A DNA stretch of 24,420 nucleotides from positions 1 through 24,420 of the IMG/VR virus record IMGVR_UViG_3300017766_001905; one strand, given 5' to 3'. Position numbers and translations under genes: made by a program. Each line of letters begins with the position of its first letter. Position 1 is the first letter of the stretch. Under the pieces are notes generated by a model. That model was not told the DNA's origin. It saw nothing but the letters and a program-made list of their open reading frames with translations, and searched no databases. Positions 18,733 to 24,420 of this stretch are shown here, one piece after another. Source of the stretch: a virus (Duplodnaviria; Caudoviricetes).

Positions 18733-21624
18733 ATGGGCAATCCCGTTCATTTAAGAAATAGACCACGCATCGGTTCAGCAGAGGCTGAATTGCCTCGATT
18801 TATCGATCGAGATGATCCAATCACAGTTGGATCAACGACTGGTCTTGCACCATTTATTCGAGAAAATGATGTTAACTTTGCAATTACCAATTTAAAACCA
18901 GGTAACGATGCGAATATTTTCTTCGATGAAGTTCGTGTGAATGATTTTTGTCAAAGAGCGTCTTATATTAATGTGACTTCAAATACTGCATTTTCTTCGT
19001 TAAGAATTAATGAAGGATTGTATGGATCAACCTCAAAGGCATATGCTGAAGTTCTTGGATCCGCATTAACATCAACTGATAACCTTCTTTATATTAATGA
19101 TAACTTCTTGAGTATTCGAGTTCAGAAGGGTGGCGGTTCTGCAGATCTAACTGTTAACGATTATAGTGCTGGAGATTTGATTTATCAAACTCCTGACAAT
19201 CTAATTTTCTACTTCGATCTCTATACAGGAGTTCGACAACCACAATATAATTTCTTGGCTAAAGTCAAGAGCTGGCAGTTGATCGATGCATCAAACGGTG
19301 TTCTTGTTGTCGATCCAATTCTTGGAGCATGCAACACAGCGTTAACAAACGCAGCAACAAATCGTATTTGGAACTTGACAAATGGATATATCACGCTTAA
19401 AGATGCTGCATATATTCATGGCAATAATCGCTTCTCAGCTGGTGAAACAGTAACAACCTCTTCATCTCAAACTTTGACAATCGCTGCTGCAAATGCATAC
19501 ACTGGATTGTCTGGTGTTGTTGTTGGAGCAAATACTGCTAACAGTCCAATTCGTTCTATTGTAATTGCAACAAACAATATTTCTCGTGATGGATTGTCAA
19601 CGCTTGTTGGAAACAGCATTACAATTGTTTCTGGAACAAACATGGGCTTTAAAGCGACTGTTGTTGGAACTGTTGCTAATAATGCTGCTGGTGGCATTGA
19701 AGCAATTTTAGATACAACATTACCAGAACATTGCACATCAAATACAGTGTATTCAATTGGAACGCACAAGGTTAATGATGTCGGTGGTTTCTATGGCATT
19801 TTCCATATCCCATCAGAAAATAATCTTCGCTGGCTAACTGGCGAGCGTGTGTTTACTGTAACTGATACTGCAACACACAACGACAACGCATATAAAATGA
19901 GAGCGGTTGCAAAGTATACTGCTCTTGGTAAGACAAATACTGTTGAGAATGCGCGTAATATTGTGTTGCGTGAACAATCACCAAGCACTGCACGTGCACC
20001 AGAACGAGTCACACAAACAACATCAAAAGTTGATGATCGTAAATTTATGGCTCAAACGTTCTTCACTCCAAGATCAAATCAAGTTTTGAATGGTGAAGTG
20101 AAGAATGCCTTTGGCGTATATATCACTTCTATTGATTTATTCTTTAAGACTAAACCAACAAATGCTGAAGAATTGTTGCCATTTACAGTTGCAATCTCAC
20201 CTGTAGTGAGTGGGTTGCCTGGAAATGATATCATTGCCTCAAAAACTCTTGAGCCAGCATTGATCAACACCTCAAATACGCCAGCATTGGCAAATGCAAG
20301 TACCCTTACAAGATTTACATTCACAGATCCAGTTTATCTTCTCCCAGAAACAGAGTATGCAATCAAACTAATCACTGAATCTGGTGATTATCAAGTTTGG
20401 ACTGCAACTCTTGGTGAAGAATACACAGACTCTTCTGGAAACATTCGCCGTATTTCTGAGCAGCCATATATTGGAAACTTCTTCAAGGCTCAAAATGCCT
20501 CAAATTGGAATCCAATTCTAAATCAAGATTTGATGTTCCAAATCAATAGAGCATCATACAGCAGTTCAAATACTGTATTCTTCGAATTGAATCCAAAGAC
20601 AACTGGAACTGCGATTGATTTTTCCACAAACTCAGTATTTGATATGGTTAAAATTTCTTCTACTGAGCAGCAATTCTCTCCAACTTCTATCACTTATGAA
20701 GTGAAGACATTGTTGACAGATGGAACTGCCACAGATTATATTCGTTTGAACAATAATGAGATCTACAACTTCGGTAAAGATCTTAATATTTCAAGTGCAT
20801 CTACTCGCCGCCGCAGATTAATTAAAGCAGGTAACACTGCATCTATTAATGTCAAAGTTACGATGACAACTTCTGATGATCGTATTTCACCAATTCTAAA
20901 CTTCGAACGTTTGAATTTGTTTACACTTCAGAATATTATCAATAATGCTGGTATTGCAAACAATCTAATTTCTGTCACAAGTCCTGGCGCTCATAGTAAT
21001 GCAGCAAATATTGCTGTCACTATTAGTGCCCCAGACGTAGGATCGAATAGAGCAACTGCAAACGTTACACCAGCGCTTCTATCTTCTGGCAAAGTTGTTG
21101 CAATTAATATTATTAATCCAGGATCTGGATATTTCACAACTCCAACAATTACAATTGCGGAAGCTGGAGTTGGATCAAACGCCACTGCTGTGATTAGTGG
21201 CGAAACAGATTCAACTGGTGGCAACATCCTAGCAAAATATCAAACAAAGATCGTCACTCTTGAAGATGGATTTGATTCTGGAGACTTGATAATTCGTCTA
21301 GATGCAATTAAGCCAGCAGGAACAGATGTTCAAGTTTATATTAAGGTCTTGTCTGCTCTTGATTCTGATCCATTCATCACCAAGAAATGGCAGCTCATGA
21401 CAAAATCGCGCGATAATACTTCTGCAGATTTAACAAAGAGAGTTCCGCTAGAGTATCGTCATTCTCTCACAAAGGGCAAGATTGAATACTTCGATGGATC
21501 TAAGACAATGCCATTAGGCGGAACCTTTAAGCAATTTGCAGTTAAGATTCGTTTAACGGCTGAAGATCCAACAGTTGTTCCAAGCGTTGAATCGCTCAAA
21601 GTGATCGCTGTTCCTGGTGGTTGA
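18733..21624 (+). CDS. Virion structural protein corresponding to the C-terminal part of DUF4815/VrlC-like proteins
   Basis: PFIR...V.F...NLKP.....IFFD..V..FC, TGERVF.VTD, MAQTFF..GVYITSIDLFFK.K, T.FTF..PVYL....EYAI, G.FFK.QN.S.W....QDL.F and F.QFAVKI.L......VP.V..L.VIA motifs; own AGGT RBS. Confidence 0.8.
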   Translation: MGNPVHLRNRPRIGSAEAELPRFIDRDDPITVGSTTGLAPFIRENDVNFAITNLKPGNDANIFFDEVRVNDFCQRASYINVTSNTAFSSLRINEGLYGSTSKAYAEVLGSALTSTDNLLYINDNFLSIRVQKGGGSADLTVNDYSAGDLIYQTPDNLIFYFDLYTGVRQPQYNFLAKVKSWQLIDASNGVLVVDPILGACNTALTNAATNRIWNLTNGYITLKDAAYIHGNNRFSAGETVTTSSSQTLTIAAANAYTGLSGVVVGANTANSPIRSIVIATNNISRDGLSTLVGNSITIVSGTNMGFKATVVGTVANNAAGGIEAILDTTLPEHCTSNTVYSIGTHKVNDVGGFYGIFHIPSENNLRWLTGERVFTVTDTATHNDNAYKMRAVAKYTALGKTNTVENARNIVLREQSPSTARAPERVTQTTSKVDDRKFMAQTFFTPRSNQVLNGEVKNAFGVYITSIDLFFKTKPTNAEELLPFTVAISPVVSGLPGNDIIASKTLEPALINTSNTPALANASTLTRFTFTDPVYLLPETEYAIKLITESGDYQVWTATLGEEYTDSSGNIRRISEQPYIGNFFKAQNASNWNPILNQDLMFQINRASYSSSNTVFFELNPKTTGTAIDFSTNSVFDMVKISSTEQQFSPTSITYEVKTLLTDGTATDYIRLNNNEIYNFGKDLNISSASTRRRRLIKAGNTASINVKVTMTTSDDRISPILNFERLNLFTLQNIINNAGIANNLISVTSPGAHSNAANIAVTISAPDVGSNRATANVTPALLSSGKVVAINIINPGSGYFTTPTITIAEAGVGSNATAVISGETDSTGGNILAKYQTKIVTLEDGFDSGDLIIRLDAIKPAGTDVQVYIKVLSALDSDPFITKKWQLMTKSRDNTSADLTKRVPLEYRHSLTKGKIEYFDGSKTMPLGGTFKQFAVKIRLTAEDPTVVPSVESLKVIAVPGG

Positions 21625-21627
21625 TGT

Positions 21628-21843
21628 ATGAAGTATGATATCAAAGGAACAAAGTACACTCGTGATTTAAATAACATGGCTGTGCTTTGTAAGGATAAGA
21701 CCGAAAAGATGAAGTACGAAGATGAACTTCGTAAATATAGAGAAAATCAAACCAGAGACGCAGAGATAAATACCCTAAAGAACGAAATGGCTGAAATTAA
21801 ATCATTATTGCAAGTTCTGGTGAACCGAGGACAAAATGGCTAA
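21628..21843 (+). CDS. Small conserved hypothetical protein with a C-terminal coiled coil
   Basis: RD.NN.AVL and EINTLKNEMAEIKSLLQVLV patterns; small genes of this kind commonly follow the VrlC-like gene in T4-like phages; overlaps the next start. Confidence 0.75.
   Translation: MKYDIKGTKYTRDLNNMAVLCKDKTEKMKYEDELRKYRENQTRDAEINTLKNEMAEIKSLLQVLVNRGQNG
21765..21772 (+). promoter_or_regulatory. Candidate late promoter GATAAATA
   Basis: NATAAATA match about 65 nt upstream of the tail fibre start (21836), which has a GAGGA RBS. Confidence 0.4.
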
Positions 21844-23290
21844 CGCAAATATTTCAATTGTTACTGTAACAAATACATTCGACGAATGGCGCGTAGCCAG
21901 TAATGATCTAATTTCAGATCGTAATATTCTCAGAAATGCGCACTATGTAAAAGACAATAGCGACTTCACTGTTGCAAATGGTGCAGTAACTATTTCTCGA
22001 TCAACTGGTGGCGTTGTTCTAACCCTTCCTGGAACGGGTAGTGCTCTTGTTGGTGGCACGACTACGACTACAGACCTTATTGTTACAGATGATGCTTCTG
22101 TTGCAAACCAATTGACAGTAAATCCAGGTAACACCGTTCTCTTTGGTAACTTGTCTGTTAGCAAAAATACCACGATGGCTCAAAATGCCAACGTGACAGG
22201 AACAGTAAATCTATTAAACACACTAGAAGTTACTGGCAACACAAGCCTTTATTCTAATCTTGCTGTTTCTAAAAACGCTACAATTTCTTTAAATGCTGCA
22301 GTGCTCGGCACTCTAGCAGTTTCTGGAAACACAACCTTATCTCAAAATCTTTCTGTTGGCGCAAATGCAACATTCTCACAAAACGCTAACGTCTCTGGCA
22401 CAGTCAATCTAGCAAGTTTGTTAGATGTTGGTGGAAACACAAACTTATATTCTAATCTCGCAGTTTCTAGAAATGTTACAATTTCCCAGAACGCAAATGT
22501 AACTGGAACTGTAAATGTTGGTTCATTGTTGGACGTTGGTGGTAATGCATCATTCAGATCAAATGTTGCTGTCTCTTGGAATATCGCAGCAGGAAATGTT
22601 GCAGTAGTACAAAACACAACATCAGGAAATGTGAACGTTGCATCTAATGTGTTTGTTGGCAATGGAATCAATACAAGTAATTTAATTGTACGCAGTCTTG
22701 CAAATATCGCAAACGCGAATATGATTAATGCTGTGATCACAACGCTCACTGTTCTTGATCCAATTCAAGCACCAGCCACAACTGCCGATTCAACATACAC
22801 TCTAAGATTCGGAACAACCACTGATGGCAACGGAACATTTAGAGTCCAACGCTCTGCTGCTTCTGGTAATGCTGAGTTGCTCTGGAATGATGTCACAGAC
22901 TCTTGGACATTCTTGGCAAATGGTCAATCTGCGAATGTGACTGCAACATTAAGATCATACACAGACTTCTTGCAAAATACTAATTCTTCTGGCGCAACAA
23001 CAGTAAACTTGTCAAACTCTAACTGGTTCAGATATAATCTACAATCAAGTTCGACATTCACTTTCTCAAATGCACCTCCTGCTGGAACTGCAATGACTGT
23101 AACGCTAATCCTCGTTCAAGGATCTGGTGGTGGCAAAACAGTTTCCTGGGGAAATACGATTTATTGGGCGGGTGGTCAAGTTCCACCAGCAACAACATCA
23201 GCAGCAGGCAGAACAGACGTTTGGACATTTACAACTATCGATGGTGGTGTAACCTTCTATGGAACACTATCAATCAAAGACGCTCGATAA
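21836..23290 (+). CDS. Tail fibre-like protein with a beta-helical shaft and a C-terminal adaptor domain
   Basis: N-terminal TNTFDEWRV.SN anchor; hexad repeats (xNxxVx/xNLxVx); C-terminal VNLS.SN.F...L....TFTFSN.P..G....TLIL.QG.GG..TVSW...W.GG..P.....DV.TF.T.DGG.TFYG domain common in phage fibres. Confidence 0.8.
   Translation: MANANISIVTVTNTFDEWRVASNDLISDRNILRNAHYVKDNSDFTVANGAVTISRSTGGVVLTLPGTGSALVGGTTTTTDLIVTDDASVANQLTVNPGNTVLFGNLSVSKNTTMAQNANVTGTVNLLNTLEVTGNTSLYSNLAVSKNATISLNAAVLGTLAVSGNTTLSQNLSVGANATFSQNANVSGTVNLASLLDVGGNTNLYSNLAVSRNVTISQNANVTGTVNVGSLLDVGGNASFRSNVAVSWNIAAGNVAVVQNTTSGNVNVASNVFVGNGINTSNLIVRSLANIANANMINAVITTLTVLDPIQAPATTADSTYTLRFGTTTDGNGTFRVQRSAASGNAELLWNDVTDSWTFLANGQSANVTATLRSYTDFLQNTNSSGATTVNLSNSNWFRYNLQSSSTFTFSNAPPAGTAMTVTLILVQGSGGGKTVSWGNTIYWAGGQVPPATTSAAGRTDVWTFTTIDGGVTFYGTLSIKDAR
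22127..22575 (+). repeat. Degenerate intragenic repeats (6-aa unit, 30-36 aa higher-order period) in the fibre shaft
   Basis: QNANV(T/S)GTVN occurs three times, LYSNLAVS twice and SLLDVGGN twice. Confidence 0.8.
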
Positions 23291-23296
23291 TAAACT

Positions 23297-24420
23297 ATGC
23301 CTAGACATAATGAGTTAGAAAAAACATGGTTGCCTGGACCATCGCGAGGGACTCAAACGTTCAACGCGCCAGCAAACCTTGTCATTGATTATGGACGTCA
23401 TGTTGCAACTATTTCTGGTCGTGGTGGTTCTGGAAATAATCCAGGTGCAACATATTCAATACTTTATAACACAAATTATAATTTAGTTTATCCTCAAGCC
23501 AATCAACCAGAAGTTTCTCGACCAATTGTAAATAACAATACAAACTATAATCTTGTATATCCTGTTGCAGCTCAGCCAGAAGTTTCAAGACCAATTAATG
23601 GATATAATTTCAATTATAATATTGGGTATTCAGCTATTCCTGGTCCACCAAATAACAATATTGTCTATACGACAAATTATAATTCAGCTAATGTTGCGGA
23701 TACTTATGGCGTCAACTATAATCTCGCATACCCAGCAAATTATAACATAGTTTATCCTGTAAATTATAATGTTGTATACCCTATCCAGTATAACATTGCA
23801 TATCCAGTAAATTATAATGTTGCATACCCTATCCAGTATAACATTGCATATCCTGTAAATTATAATGTTGCATATCCAGCAACTTACAATGTTGTATATC
23901 CAGTTGCAAATCAACCTGGAACTGGAACTTATAATCCAGCAACTTCGTTTAATTGGAACAGCCAAGTGTATACACTTATCTCTATATTCGAGGGAGGAAG
24001 TTATGATTTCTACTATGAGTCCAGTGGGTCAAATAACACTTGTCCATCACCCACAACCTTTTATGGTCCACCACCTGGAACTCCAGAAGCAGTAGAATAT
24101 AACACAACCAATTATATTTGCACACCTGTAGGAAATAATCAAAATTACAACACAAACTATAACACTGCATATCCCGTAAGTTATAATGTGGTTTATCCAG
24201 AAGGTTATAATGTGGTTTATCCAGTAAATTATAATGTTGTATACCCTATCCAGTATAACGTTGTTTATCCTGTAAATTATAATGTTGCATATCCAGCAAC
24301 TTACAATGTTGCATATCCTATAACTGGGTATAACGTAGTTGGTGTATTCTCTGGTTACAATACAAATTATAATATTGTGAATTCTCCAGGAAATCAACCA
24401 GAAGTTTCAAGACCAATTAC
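23297..24420 (+). CDS. Tyr/Asn/Pro-rich repeat protein, putative distal fibre adhesin; 3' truncated
   Basis: Manual translation from ATG 23297 (MPRHNELEKTWLPGPSRGTQTFNAPANLVIDYGRHVATISGRGGSGNNPG...) has no stop for 374 codons to the window end. It is absent from the ORF track, presumably because it lacks a stop. Confidence 0.85.
   Translation, partial: MPRHNELEKTWLPGPSRGTQTFNAPANLVIDYGRHVATISGRGGSGNNPGATYSILYNTNYNLVYPQANQPEVSRPIVNNNTNYNLVYPVAAQPEVSRPINGYNFNYNIGYSAIPGPPNNNIVYTTNYNSANVADTYGVNYNLAYPANYNIVYPVNYNVVYPIQYNIAYPVNYNVAYPIQYNIAYPVNYNVAYPATYNVVYPVANQPGTGTYNPATSFNWNSQVYTLISIFEGGSYDFYYESSGSNNTCPSPTTFYGPPPGTPEAVEYNTTNYICTPVGNNQNYNTNYNTAYPVSYNVVYPEGYNVVYPVNYNVVYPIQYNVVYPVNYNVAYPATYNVAYPITGYNVVGVFSGYNTNYNIVNSPGNQPEVSRPI
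23465..23602 (+). repeat. 69-bp (23 aa) repeat, 2 tandem copies, with a third copy at about 24356-24420
   Basis: YNTNYNLVYPQANQPEVSRPIVN / NNTNYNLVYPVAAQPEVSRPING / YNTNYNIVNSPGNQPEVSRPI. Confidence 0.9.
23714..23905 (+). repeat. Tandem array 1: 8 x 24 bp
   Basis: Units encode NYNLAYPA, NYNIVYPV, NYNVVYPI, QYNIAYPV, NYNVAYPI, QYNIAYPV, NYNVAYPA, TYNVVYPV. Confidence 0.95.
24155..24322 (+). repeat. Tandem array 2: 7 x 24 bp
   Basis: Units encode NYNTAYPV, SYNVVYPE, GYNVVYPV, NYNVVYPI, QYNVVYPV, NYNVAYPA, TYNVAYPI. Confidence 0.95.

Noticed and set aside
9160-21200. GxGY..PT.TI.G.G.GA.A repeats in gp6, gp7, gp8 and the 963-aa protein as a novelty
   Set aside because: Real, but a very common insertion in baseplate proteins of aquatic T4-like phages.
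1831-22749. Numerous 60-156 aa antisense and alternate-frame ORFs
   Set aside because: They lie largely or wholly inside well-supported structural genes, have no recognisable motifs and are expected by-products of codon bias.
23714-24322. CRISPR array
   Set aside because: The 24-bp units are directly tandem with no unique spacers, stay in frame and vary in a codon-like way; this is a coding repeat.
23409-24397. Short ORFs from the track (23409-, 23553+, 23684-, 23865+, 23982-, 24047-)
   Set aside because: They are shadow frames of the long open frame starting at 23297.
23297-24420. DGR template/variable repeat pair (AAC/AAT-rich direct repeats)
   Set aside because: Both copies lie in the same ORF, differences are not restricted to adenines (e.g. 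C/T changes), and no reverse transcriptase is in the window.

Overview
AT-rich, entirely + strand, tightly packed (TGATG/TAATG-coupled) late structural operon of a T4-superfamily (Tevenvirinae-related, probably environmental) myophage. Order: gp48-like tube cap (5' truncated), gp53, gp27-like hub, lysozyme-less gp5 spike, three orphan genes (176, 80 and >=656 aa), gp25, gp6, gp7-like, gp8, a DUF4815/VrlC-like structural protein present as two genes, a small coiled-coil protein, and a beta-helical tail fibre. The window ends in a gene missed by the ORF track (23297 to the end). It has a nested, symmetric repeat architecture: two arrays of 24-bp (xYNvxYPx) units flank a unique Cys-containing core, suggesting a hairpin needle-type adhesin with a swappable tip. 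Several baseplate proteins carry copies of the same small beta modules, one apparently nested inside another. No RNA genes, CRISPR arrays or mobile elements were seen. All family calls come from motif recognition and gene order, not from database searches.
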